DNA of 64,000 nucleotides. Origin: a bacterium (GTDB lineage: Bacteria > UBA8248). Below the pieces are notes generated by a model that saw only the letters and a program-made list of their open reading frames with translations, was not told the origin of the DNA and ran no database searches. Below are positions 18,624 through 29,000 of this stretch, piece after piece; the stretch's first letter is position 1; every line of letters begins with the position of its first letter. Position numbers and translations under genes: made by a program. Location of the stretch: contig OZ244799.1 in assembly GCA_965219955.1 (NCBI GenBank), positions 2,784,001-2,848,000 on the forward strand, in the 5' to 3' direction.

Positions 18624-19205
18624 ATGCATTTCAAGAATTTCCTGACCGATAAGATCATTTTGGTGAAAAAGGACGGTAAAATCTACGAAAACGTTGATGC
18701 GGGGGTTCAGTCGAAAATGATCTTGATTGTCGACACATCGCTGCCCATTGAGAGCGGCGACAAGATAAAGAGGCGTTTACCGAGCGGCGTCGAGGAGATT
18801 TTCGTCATTACCGATCCAGGGTTCCAGCAGGCGTTCCGCTCAATCCCAGCACATTACCAAATTCAGTACGACCGTGAGGGAAATACTAAACCGACCGTGG
18901 ATCGCGGCAACGTCACTTACAATTTCTCTGGCTCACACTCCCGCGTGAATGTTAATTCCTTAGACCAGTCTATCAATATAGGCGATAACCATGTCGCGAC
19001 GACTCTTGACCAATTACGGGCTATCTTGAATGACCAGATAGCGGACGCCGAAGAACGCTCGCGCTTATTGGCAAAAGTAGATGAGCTTCAGCAGGCACAC
19101 GGCACGGAAAGATTTACAGAAATATATAAAGAGTTCATGGTGATGGCGGCAAACCATATGACTGTAATCGCCCCTCTTGTTCCAGCTTTGACGGCATTGA
19201 TGTGA
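18624..19205 (+). CDS. Hypothetical protein (beta-rich N-domain, N/S-rich linker, helical C-domain)
   Basis: Uninterrupted 193-codon ORF with protein-like composition in otherwise decayed DNA. Confidence 0.7.
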   Translation: MHFKNFLTDKIILVKKDGKIYENVDAGVQSKMILIVDTSLPIESGDKIKRRLPSGVEEIFVITDPGFQQAFRSIPAHYQIQYDREGNTKPTVDRGNVTYNFSGSHSRVNVNSLDQSINIGDNHVATTLDQLRAILNDQIADAEERSRLLAKVDELQQAHGTERFTEIYKEFMVMAANHMTVIAPLVPALTALM

Positions 19206-19884
19206 TACCCGAATTACCTGCTTGAAACACTGCCCGTTTAGCCTGTTGTGGGTACTTTCAGGAGGCTATGCATCCTGTCCTCTATCTTAGCTCATCTGCA
19301 ATTCCGGGCCGACAAGTCTTTCGCCCAAGCAGCCGATTATATCTTCTAAATACAGCCCACCAGGTACCATTAATCCATCGGGTAAAAAGTCATGGAAGAT
19401 AAGTCCTCTCGTCTTGGCGTCGGCCTATTCCTCGTCTGTAGGAACGCCCTGTGTTGGCGATCACGCTAGGACGGTACTCCATCAACGGTTCGATGCTTTC
19501 ACCGGCGAGCGGACCTCGTCGCTGGAAGCCGTCGGGCCAGGGGCATTCATTGCGTCGCAATATACCACCGGGCTTGCAAACGTCGACAACATCGAGCCTC
19601 GTTCTCGAAGAATTTACAAGAGTGGGTTCCAGACTTTCGGTCTAACCAAGAAGCCCTCGACTACCTCATGCCCCATCTTCGAAAGCTAATGGCAATTCAG
19701 ATTACAGACCAAATCGGTTGCATTGAGTTTCAAGAAATCTTTAATTCGCTTCACAAGAAACCACACTCTGATTAGAGAGACTGTGGATTAGTACAGTAAT
19801 AATTAAGCAAAGTTGACAAGATCGATCCTTTGACCTAACTTTAGCAAAACCTGAATGTGCATGTTTTAAGTATCCGCCCGGAAA

Positions 19885-20235
19885 GTGACTTTGGCAATGG
19901 AAAAGAAACATCTTGAAATTAGGGGCACACTGGTTGGAAGATCAAGTTTGTTTCGAGAGCAACGCTCACATTTTGAAAATCTCGCTAAATTACAGAGAGA
20001 AAGACAAGAAGAATTAGCCGATCTATTCACTGATCCACGGGTTTTTCGGAGCAAAATCAAAAAACTGGAAAGTAAACTTCTATCGTCCGAAAAAGAAAAG
20101 AAAGTCCTCATTTCTAAGAATAAAAATCTTGAAGAACTTCTCTTGAAAGCTCACGAGGAAAAGAAAAACATTATAGCAAAACACAAAGACGAAATAGATA
20201 GACTGATGATTGCTTTGTCATTTCTCGATGAATAA
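19885..20235 (+). CDS. Low-GC coiled-coil hypothetical protein (possibly a fragment)
   Basis: K/E/L-rich heptads; AT-rich DNA unlike flanks. Confidence 0.4.
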   Translation: MTLAMEKKHLEIRGTLVGRSSLFREQRSHFENLAKLQRERQEELADLFTDPRVFRSKIKKLESKLLSSEKEKKVLISKNKNLEELLLKAHEEKKNIIAKHKDEIDRLMIALSFLDE

Positions 20236-20596
20236 TTCTAATGCTTAATTAATCCCATATTTCTTTGCACTTTTTCTGAAGAATCTTCTACCTTACATCA
20301 AATTTTTGTCTATTGTTTCATTTATATCTTCTTTGTCTTTCTTTGAATTTTCCAATTCATCTCCAACCAGTTTAATCATTTTTCTATATTTTTGCTTCAT
20401 ATCTGCCCATTTCTTTCTTTGAAGAAGTGTGTCAAGAAGCCAGTCTCTCGTGAATGATTCTCGTAAGTTGGAAATTTCTTATTTGAGATGGCTGATCGGT
20501 GTATTATCGGTCATCGTTGTAGTCGCAGTAGGAATTATATTAAAGGTCTTAAGCTAGGAAATTCCGTTCAGTCTGACAAGGTCATGAGACGGTTTT

Positions 20597-23506
20597 CTAC
20601 ATGTTCATCTCGATCCCGCGCGCTGTCCGGACCTTCTCCATTCCCGGCGCCCGGGCGGGCTCCTGCATTCGCCCTTTATCCGATCCCGGCGGTTCCTTCG
20701 CACGCCCTGCATCCCTTCCGGCCTCCGGTTCCGCCTCCCCCGACTTCACCTTGTCTCCTTCGAGTGCGTCCCGTGCGGTCTCACCGATCCCCTCAAGCGC
20801 CGATACCCGTTCGCCCGTGGCCGTTTCGAGCCGCTCGCGCAGGGCCTTTGCGTCGTCGGTCACGAGTTCCGCCCGGTCGCGGGCGCGGCTGATCTCGACG
20901 TAGAAGCTCTTCTGCGTGGTGAGGTGGGGGTGGTTCGCCTGCATCGCGGCGATCACGTTGTCGACGGTCCGGCCCTGGAAGGCGTGCACGGTCGATGCCC
21001 AAGCATGATCGAGGTGGCGCAGCTGGGGGTCGTCTTGCCTGAGTTCAAGCCTGCGCCCGTCTTCGAGGCGGAAGCTCACGCGCTCGCCTCTCACGTCCGT
21101 GACCTCAGCAGTCCGGCTGTTGACCAGCCCGAGTTTCCTGTCGTTGCGGGTCCAGCGGATACGGTCGCCGGCGCGAAGCTCGATCTCTTCGGCCCGGTAA
21201 ACCTCGGCGCCGCCCGTCCGCCCGGCGATCCGCCCGGGCTTCCATGAGACGCGCCCGCCGTCCTTGCCTTCGAGCACCACCGCCTGGTTCTCGTGATCCA
21301 CGCCCGATACGCGGAGTTCGTCGCCCTTCTCCACACCCAGGCGCTTGTAGGGGCGGTGGAAGGCCACGACGTCACCCGGAGCGTAGTTCGCGGCGAGTGA
21401 TTTCTCTGCGTTCGTATAACCGCGCGAGACGAGCCGCTCCCCCCTGAAGGCGGGGCCGTGGATACTGCCCTCCCGCGCGAGACGCTCCCGTATATGGGCG
21501 TTGATCTTTTGGCGAAGTTCATGACTGGGCGCCATGACGCCGGTGTTCTCGCGCGCCTCGGGCGAAAGAGCGAGCCAGCGCGCCGCCACCGCGCCCGCGA
21601 TGTTGTCGGCCTTCACCTGCGCGACGTTGGAGCCTAGCTTCTCGAAGGCGTTTTTGATGTCGCCCGCGAGGCTCGCCTCGACCGCGGCCTTGAGGTCCGG
21701 GTCGCGCTGGCGCAGGATATCGTCCATCACGGCGGTCTTCATGCCGGCTTGCTGGAGTTGCGCGAAGGGTTTGCCGGCGTCCACGGCGCCGAGTTGTTTC
21801 TCATCGCCCACCAGCACGACCCTGGGGATGCGCAGGGCGCGGGCGACCCGCAGGAGGTCGCGGGCCTCGCGGGTGGAGGCGAGGGACCCCTCGTCCACCA
21901 CGAGCACCGTCTTGCCCCAGGCCGCGCGCATCTGCTTCTCGGCCTTTCTGGTGAGCCTTCCCCCGGCCACGCCGGCGTTTCGCGCGAGGAAACGCTGCAG
22001 CGTCTCGCTCTCGATCCCGGCTTCGGTCCCGAGCGTCTTGACCGCCGAGGCCGAAGGAGCGAGGCCCTTGACCTCGAACCCGCGTTTTTCCAATAACACG
22101 CGGGCGCGGTTCAGCATGGTGGTCTTGCCGGTCCCGGCATAGCCCTGCACGCCGACGACGCGGTCCTTGGCCGAGAGGATGAGCTTGACCGCTTCCCTCT
22201 GGCCCTGCGTCAGCGCTCCCTTGTGCAGATGCGCCTGCACGATCCAGCTGCGCATCGCCACCCGGCCCCGGCCCTGGCCGTCGCGCATCAGCCCGATCGT
22301 CTCGCGCTCGTCCGCCAGCGCCCTGTCGGTCGTCAGGTCGTCCCTCCCGTGCAGCCCCGGCGCGGGGTGAAGCTGTCCCCCTTTTTCGAGGTCGCCAAGC
22401 GCCCTCTCCGCCGCCTCGACGGACACCGCGCCCGGCCGCCAGGCCAGCGCGGCGGCAAGCGCGTCGGCGCGGGCGAACACGGCCTCGCGCTCCGCGAGAT
22501 GCGACACGGCCCATTCCACAGCCTCTCCGGCCGAACCGGTTTCCCGTGCGGCTTCTTTGCCTTCCAAGCTGGCGACCCTTGAAGTCGCTTCGGCCGCATG
22601 GGCCCTGGCGTCGAATCCGAGGTCAGCGGCCTGTTTCTCCCATATGCCTCTGAGCGCGGACTTGTCCACGTCACGCTTGCGGGCGCGGGTCATGAGCGCA
22701 GCGCGCTCGGCTGTACGCTGGTTCTCCGCCGTCGTTCCCAGGCCCCGCTCGGCCATGGCGGCCTCGATCTCCGCCCGCCGGGTCGAGAACGCCTCGATCA
22801 CCTCGCGGCGGACGCCAGCGACCTCGAACCGCCCGTCCGCGTGCGTCTTCACAATCGCGTAGCCCAGCTTCCACAGTCCTTGCGCCAGCTCGCTCCTGTA
22901 GAGCATGCCGATCAGCTTCTGGCTGCGATAGAGCGCCTCGTTGGACATCGTCCTCCATTTCCCGTCCGGACCCCGGACCATGTTGGCCAGCACCGCGTGG
23001 GTGTGAAGCTGGGGGTCGAGGTTGCGCGAGGCGTCGTGGCGGAAGGTCGCGGCCACCGTCTTCTGGTCCCCGGCCCGGACCATGCGTCCCGTCTCCGGGT
23101 CCTTCATCCTGGTCTCCGCGGCGTGGCCCTCGACCCAGGCGAGGGTGCGTTCGACCGCCCGGTCATGGGCCTCGACGACGCGGGCGTCGCCGCCCACCAG
23201 CGAGGCGAGCGAGACGGACTTGGGGGCAGAGAAGGTGAGGTCTCGTCCGGGCCTGTGCTCCAGGACGCCGTCCTTGCGCCTGCGGCCGAGCTTTCTCCCC
23301 GACCCGTCGGGCACATGGCCCTCGAGCACCGCCTTGAAGACTTCCGGGTCGACCGGGCCCGTGAGGCCGAGGTCCTCCGCTCCCCTGCCGGCCCATGCGC
23401 TCACCTCCCTGTGGGCGGGGTCGTCTTTGGCGTAATAGCCGTCGCGCTCGTAGTAGGAGGCGCCCTGGGCGGGGGCGGCGACGGCGCCGATCGAGACGAC
23501 CATCAC
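20597..23506 (-). CDS. trwC: MOBF conjugative relaxase-helicase (TrwC/TraI type)
   Basis: SYYERDGYY tyrosines, DLTFSAPKSVS, HDASRNLDPQLHTH (HUH), helicase QGYAGTGKTT, VVDE, HAWASTVHAFQG, YVEISR. Confidence 0.95.
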   Translation of the reverse strand: MMVVSIGAVAAPAQGASYYERDGYYAKDDPAHREVSAWAGRGAEDLGLTGPVDPEVFKAVLEGHVPDGSGRKLGRRRKDGVLEHRPGRDLTFSAPKSVSLASLVGGDARVVEAHDRAVERTLAWVEGHAAETRMKDPETGRMVRAGDQKTVAATFRHDASRNLDPQLHTHAVLANMVRGPDGKWRTMSNEALYRSQKLIGMLYRSELAQGLWKLGYAIVKTHADGRFEVAGVRREVIEAFSTRRAEIEAAMAERGLGTTAENQRTAERAALMTRARKRDVDKSALRGIWEKQAADLGFDARAHAAEATSRVASLEGKEAARETGSAGEAVEWAVSHLAEREAVFARADALAAALAWRPGAVSVEAAERALGDLEKGGQLHPAPGLHGRDDLTTDRALADERETIGLMRDGQGRGRVAMRSWIVQAHLHKGALTQGQREAVKLILSAKDRVVGVQGYAGTGKTTMLNRARVLLEKRGFEVKGLAPSASAVKTLGTEAGIESETLQRFLARNAGVAGGRLTRKAEKQMRAAWGKTVLVVDEGSLASTREARDLLRVARALRIPRVVLVGDEKQLGAVDAGKPFAQLQQAGMKTAVMDDILRQRDPDLKAAVEASLAGDIKNAFEKLGSNVAQVKADNIAGAVAARWLALSPEARENTGVMAPSHELRQKINAHIRERLAREGSIHGPAFRGERLVSRGYTNAEKSLAANYAPGDVVAFHRPYKRLGVEKGDELRVSGVDHENQAVVLEGKDGGRVSWKPGRIAGRTGGAEVYRAEEIELRAGDRIRWTRNDRKLGLVNSRTAEVTDVRGERVSFRLEDGRRLELRQDDPQLRHLDHAWASTVHAFQGRTVDNVIAAMQANHPHLTTQKSFYVEISRARDRAELVTDDAKALRERLETATGERVSALEGIGETARDALEGDKVKSGEAEPEAGRDAGRAKEPPGSDKGRMQEPARAPGMEKVRTARGIEMNM

Positions 23507-25587
23507 AACCAGTCCGGCGTGCGGGACCCGGCCTCTTCGCCGTCTTCGCCCCGGTTTTGCTCATCGTCATCGGCCGCACCGGCGTCGTCCCCATCCGCGG
23601 GGTGGACCACGGGTTGCGGCGCCCCAGACTTTTCGGAGGTTTGATCGGGTCCTGCCAGGCCTGAGTCCGGCGGCGGAGCAGGTCGTTCACACTCCACTTC
23701 CGCCCCACCGTTTGCGGCCGTATCGCCGGGCGATTCGGGTTCCCGCCGATTCGCCGCCTCACCGGACTCAGGCACCCTCCCGGACTCAGGCATGTTCCCG
23801 GTATGAAAGGGTTCGGTCCCGGCGCTTTTCGCTCCCAAGACCGGCGCATTCTCCCTCGGCATGAAACTCTCGGCCGATTTCGGCCTTTTCACGTAGTCGA
23901 GCTCGATGCGGGCCACCGGCCAGGGACCGGGGAACTTGAGGTAGCCGTGCAGATTCTCGAGACGCATGATCTCCGAAGGCAGCGCGAGGGGCCGCATCTC
24001 GCGGCGCTGGGTGAGCGATACGCCGTCCCTCATCGCGCTCGCGCCGTAGCTGAGCCCCTCCGCGTACTCGGTGACCTCGCCGCGCCCCAGGCTCTCGGCC
24101 GACCAGCGCGCCGTCTCCTGGTCGGGCGCGGCCAGCACCACACGGGTGCCGCACAGGCCCGATACGGTCTCGGCGCCGTTTCGCCCATAGAGATCGCGCA
24201 AGGCGGAGATCACCTGGATCCCGAGCACGAAACACCCCCCGAACTGGCGCGATTCGGCGAGACCGGGTTGCAGGCTCGGCACCTGGTGGAGGGTGGGAAG
24301 CTCATCGAGCACAATCCATATCCTGCGCGCGTCGTCCCGGCCGAGTGAGAGGAGCGCGTTCACGGCGATCTCGAGCCAGGTCGAGATGAGGCCCCGGAGG
24401 CTCGCGTGCTGGTCACCGCGGGAGGTCAGGAACAGGAAACCGGTTTCGTCCTCTCGCTCCACCCACTCCCGGATCGAGAACGGCTTGCCTGAGTCGAGCA
24501 GGCATTCGAGCGCGCCCAGGTGCGCCGTCAGCATCGCCCGCACCGAGAGCGCGGTCTTGGGGTTCTCGGGGTCCACGATGGACTGCGCCACCGTGCCCTC
24601 CATGGCCTCGGCCAGGGAGGTGAGTTCGGTCTTGAGCAGGTGCTCGACGAGTATGCGGTTCTCCGTCACGCCGCGCTTCCACAGGACGCCCGCGCCGTTC
24701 GCGAACAGCTGCCGCGCGGCCGTGACCCAGAAGGGGTCCACCGTGTCCTTCTGCTGGGGTATCAGGGCGGCGGCCATCGTGTCGAAATCCCTGGGCGTCC
24801 TGGCTTCCAGGAAGGGCGACCACCGCGGCGCGCGGGCGTCGAGGGGATTCATCAGCACGTCGCGGGCGGGGTCGAAGAACGCCCGCGTGTAGCTCCCCAT
24901 CTTGTCGTAGAGGATGCAGCGCTCGCCCCGCTCCCTGATCTGGGCGACCAGGTCCGAGATCAGGACGGTCTTTCCCGAACCCGTGGTGCCCGAGACGATG
25001 GTGTGCTGGGTCTCGGCGCGCTCGGGCCAGGGGACGCCCGCGATGCGGGGTCTGGACTTGCGCGCCTTCGGAAAGAATTTTTCAGCCAGGCGGGAGGAGA
25101 GGGGCCGGACACGTCTCCCGAGCGACTGGGCCGATGTCATCTCCGCGCCCCGCACCCTGTGCGCGCGGGCCATGCGCCGGCCGAGAATCCAGAAGAAGAA
25201 CGCGAACAGGGCCACGCCGCACAGGCCGAGCCAGAGGCCCAGCCAGGCTTTCGAATGAATGGTGGCGAGCATGCGCCTCCTGATGCGCTCGATCCTGGGA
25301 TCGCTTGCGATGAGAGATATCCGCTCGATCGTCCGCTCGCCCGCGCCCCACTCGTAGACCTGGCCCGAATCGGGGGAATATCCGATGCCGAGCTTGGCCT
25401 CGGCCAGCGTGCCCAGGCCAATGACGCGCCACTCGTGCGCGCTCGTCGTGGTGAAGACCGTGATCGCGGGCGTCAGGACGACAGTCAGGACGAGTCCAAA
25501 AATTCCCCAGCGCGCGAGCTGGCCCCACATCCTGGCGTCGTGAAGCAGGGTCTGGCCGCCGCGCAGGGTGGCGTTTCCGATGGTCAT
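23503..25587 (-). CDS. traD: Type IV coupling protein (TraD/TrwB family)
   Basis: AAGGAG RBS before ATG 25587; two N-terminal TM segments; GTTGSGKT Walker A; WIVLDEL Walker B; ESRQFGG; acidic tail; stop overlaps relaxase start. Confidence 0.93.
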   Translation of the reverse strand: MTIGNATLRGGQTLLHDARMWGQLARWGIFGLVLTVVLTPAITVFTTTSAHEWRVIGLGTLAEAKLGIGYSPDSGQVYEWGAGERTIERISLIASDPRIERIRRRMLATIHSKAWLGLWLGLCGVALFAFFFWILGRRMARAHRVRGAEMTSAQSLGRRVRPLSSRLAEKFFPKARKSRPRIAGVPWPERAETQHTIVSGTTGSGKTVLISDLVAQIRERGERCILYDKMGSYTRAFFDPARDVLMNPLDARAPRWSPFLEARTPRDFDTMAAALIPQQKDTVDPFWVTAARQLFANGAGVLWKRGVTENRILVEHLLKTELTSLAEAMEGTVAQSIVDPENPKTALSVRAMLTAHLGALECLLDSGKPFSIREWVEREDETGFLFLTSRGDQHASLRGLISTWLEIAVNALLSLGRDDARRIWIVLDELPTLHQVPSLQPGLAESRQFGGCFVLGIQVISALRDLYGRNGAETVSGLCGTRVVLAAPDQETARWSAESLGRGEVTEYAEGLSYGASAMRDGVSLTQRREMRPLALPSEIMRLENLHGYLKFPGPWPVARIELDYVKRPKSAESFMPRENAPVLGAKSAGTEPFHTGNMPESGRVPESGEAANRREPESPGDTAANGGAEVECERPAPPPDSGLAGPDQTSEKSGAPQPVVHPADGDDAGAADDDEQNRGEDGEEAGSRTPDWL

Positions 25588-26094
25588 CCGCTTCTCCTTT
25601 TTCATACTGTCTGCATGGTGGCGCCGCGGGCGTCCTAGCCTCCCCGGAAGTTCTCCGTCCCAGAGAGGACGTCTGCGCACGAAGCGTGCTAGAGCACGGC
25701 TGTCATGTTGATGCGCGAGATTTTCCTGGGGGAGTCACTTGCCGGCCTCTCCCGGGTGGGGTGGAGACATGTTCGGCCAACCGATCCCTGGCGACTATGC
25801 CGGACGGCTTGCGAGCCGGGTCTGGATGCTGCGTCTCGATTGACAGGCCGGGGTGGTTCCGGCGTGGACTTCGATCGTATTCATGTATACGAATATAATA
25901 CGAAAATATTTCGCCGGCAACAGGTTTTAATAGGTCATATCCAACAATTTTGCTCCAAATACGCTCACACTTGCGATTTGGTGCTCAGGGACGTGACAAA
26001 AAAGTGAGAAAACGCGATGGAAGAAGACTATAGAGAATCGCTCCGGCGCGAACCGCCGGTCGCCGTCTGACGTGACGAATGTGCGAAACGTCCG

Positions 26095-29000
26095 CTATTT
26101 GGCAGCCGAGCGGCGATGGCGCACTTCGAGGACCGGAAGCTCCCAGGCGGGCACAGCGACCCGTTTTTGATATTTCGGCTCGCAGTCCTCTGCCACGCGA
26201 AATACCATCCCGAGGACGCGGACTTCATCGACCTGTTGCAACTCTGGCGGCTGCCAGCTTTCCGCCGTGGACTCCGAAAGGCGTGCCACCTGTGCACGCT
26301 CGCGATCCAGCACGAGCACCTGATCAGTCTGGTTTCGTTCCAGCTTGACCGGGTCACCGGCTTGCAGACGATCCAGCGAGCGATGCATCGGGTGTCCTTC
26401 AGGCTTCCAGCTAGCCAGGTCAATGTACAAATCCCGCATCCCGAGCAACGTAAAGCAAACATCGGCATACCCGTCTGATTGACCCTCGGCGACACCGATC
26501 TTGCGGCGGCGCAGGCTCTTCATCTCAAGCTCTCGCACATATGGCAGCGGGTCGTCTTGCCGGTCCATCAACGCGAGCGTCTCGCGCGCTCGCGTCATCG
26601 CCACATAATAAAGGCGGCGCTCTTCTTCTGAACGGTTGCGCTGGCCCACGGATGCAGGGTGAGCGCTCCCCTTCTTCCACCCGCCGCCGAGCACGATGAC
26701 ATGGGCGAACTCCAAGCCCTTCGCCGCATACACGGTTCCGAGCAGCACACCGTCGCCAACGATATGTGAGTGGCGATGATCGGCCAGGCCTCGATGCAAT
26801 GACTCCAATACGTCGATCACGGCACAAGGTTCAGCTCCGAGCTCCGACTCGAGGCCCATCAGCATGCGATCTGCCATCGCCGTCCAGAACGAGGATGCAC
26901 CGCAAATGCTTGGGAGCTGTTCACGCAACTTCGGTATCGAGACTTCAAGTGGTTCCTTTTCTTTTAGGTTCGAGAGCAGACGCTTGAATTCTCGTATGCG
27001 ATCAAGCCGCGGCAATTCGCCCCGAAGAACCCTGCGGACCGGCACACCATTGTGCTCCAAGAGCGCTCGCACCGGGGCCAGTTCATCATTTGTCCGGGCA
27101 AGGATGGCGAAACTACCCCAATCCAGCGTCGGGTCGAGCATCCGCAGGCGCTCGACCTCCGCCAGCACAGTGGCCGCTTGTGCGCCGCCATCCTCTACAT
27201 CAAGTAGCGAGACGTGTCCCTCTGCAACAGTATCCCGCGACTCCCACTTACCACCGGGAGGATCGTTTGCGCGGTCTGCGTTCACCCGAATCGAATATCC
27301 CACCTTCATGCGGTCCCGGTTATGACGGATCAACGCGTTGGACGCGTCGATGATGTGACGCGTTGATCGGTAATTCTCGACGAGGTAGTGACGTTCGGCG
27401 CTGAACTCTTCCTCGAACTGGCGCAGGAATCGGACGTTCGCATCGCGCCACTCGTAGATGCTCTGGTCGTCGTCGCCCACGGCGAGGATGGTCGCGCATC
27501 GATCACGGTCCTCGTCCGCTCGCCGGGCGATGTGGGTGATCAGCTCATATTGCCGCGCGTCAATGTCCTGGTACTCATCCACAAGCACGTACTCGAAACC
27601 CGAAAGCAGCCGGTCTCGCAGTTCGTCCGGTTCCATCCCCACCACCTGCTCTTCGCCCCGCAGCCGGCGGTTCGCCTCGTCGATAATGCCGTCAAAGTCG
27701 ATATCTTTTTGGCCCGCCGCCTCGACCCGGTCCGCTATGGACCGTTCGGTCAGTCGCAGGGCAAGAGAGTGATACGTGTAGACGGCAACCTGGCGGGCCA
27801 GGTCGCCGACAAGGTCCCGAAGCCGCACCCGCAGTTCGTGCATGGCGGAGCGGTTGAAGCAGATTACCAGGATGCGCTCGGGTCGGATGCGCTCGACCCT
27901 CAGCAGGTAGGCGCATCGATGAACCACCACGCGCGTCTTTCCGGATCCCGGGCCCGCCAGCACCAGCAGATTGCGATCCATCGGCGCGTTAACAATCCGC
28001 TCCTGGGCGTCATTGCGCAGGCTTTCGACGATATCCGCATAGCTCTCCCGCGAAGTGGCCCGTTCGAGAGATTTCGGGTCGTTGCCGAAATAGTGTCGAA
28101 TGAACTCGGGTGCAGGCAGGCTGAAGTAGCTCTGCACATAGCGGCGGCCACCGTCGAGCCCCGCCTGTGCTTCCTCCACGTAGCGCCCAATCGCGTGGAT
28201 CTGACACACGCGTTGATCGTAGTGGTCCTGAAGAGGGCGGTAGTGCCGGCTGGTGTAGCGTCCCTCCGCCTCATCCGGAAAGCGGAGGGTCATCGCTTGG
28301 CGGAAGATCGACAGGCCCTTCTGGAGCTTGATGACGTCGTGCTCGTCCAGGAACAGGAGTGTCTTCTCGATAGCGTCGAAAGAGTCTCCAATCCGATGAG
28401 CCAGTCCGAGCTGACCGTCGATGCCGCGCCGGAGGTCCTCCAATGAAAAGAGCACGAGGCGTTCACCGATCAGGCCCTCCCGCTCGGCGATTGCGAGAAG
28501 AGCTTCGAGCACCGTCTGGCTCAGTTGGACGCGCAGGTCCAATTGCTCCTGAAAGCTCGCCCAGCCGGCTTGGAACCCCACATACAATCTGTGCCTGCCT
28601 CCACTCCTCAGCGTGATGAGCGCCGGTTGACCGAAACCCTCCCGCGTCCAGCCCCCGAGAAGCTTCGAGACACTGTCCCGGGTGATCTGCACTCCTTCGG
28701 TTCGAAGGCGTTCCTGCAAGCGAGTAATGGAAAGTTGCGCGTCGACACCGGGCGTCGCGTCAGGATGTTCAGCGCACAAAAGGTCCACCAATGCTTTCTC
28801 GACCCTCACGATATCCGCCAGCCGATCGAGAGATCGGCCCTTTGTCTTGTGACGCACCCACGCCGTAAAGTAGAGCCCGCTCTCCAGTAATCCGGCGCGC
28901 GTCATCTCGTCCAGGGTACGGAGGATCTCCCGTGTCGCGGTTCGATCCCTATTCGCCGTTTCTTGGCCGACACGGGACTTGAGCGACCGAAAAGAAGGCA

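Noticed and set aside
20270-20500. AT-rich minus-strand coiled-coil-like reading
   Set aside because: Interrupted by stops; unassignable remnant
25860-25915. AT-rich inverted repeats upstream of traD as oriT
   Set aside because: No MOBF nic-like sequence; more likely a promoter/operator, and 4943-4963 fits far better
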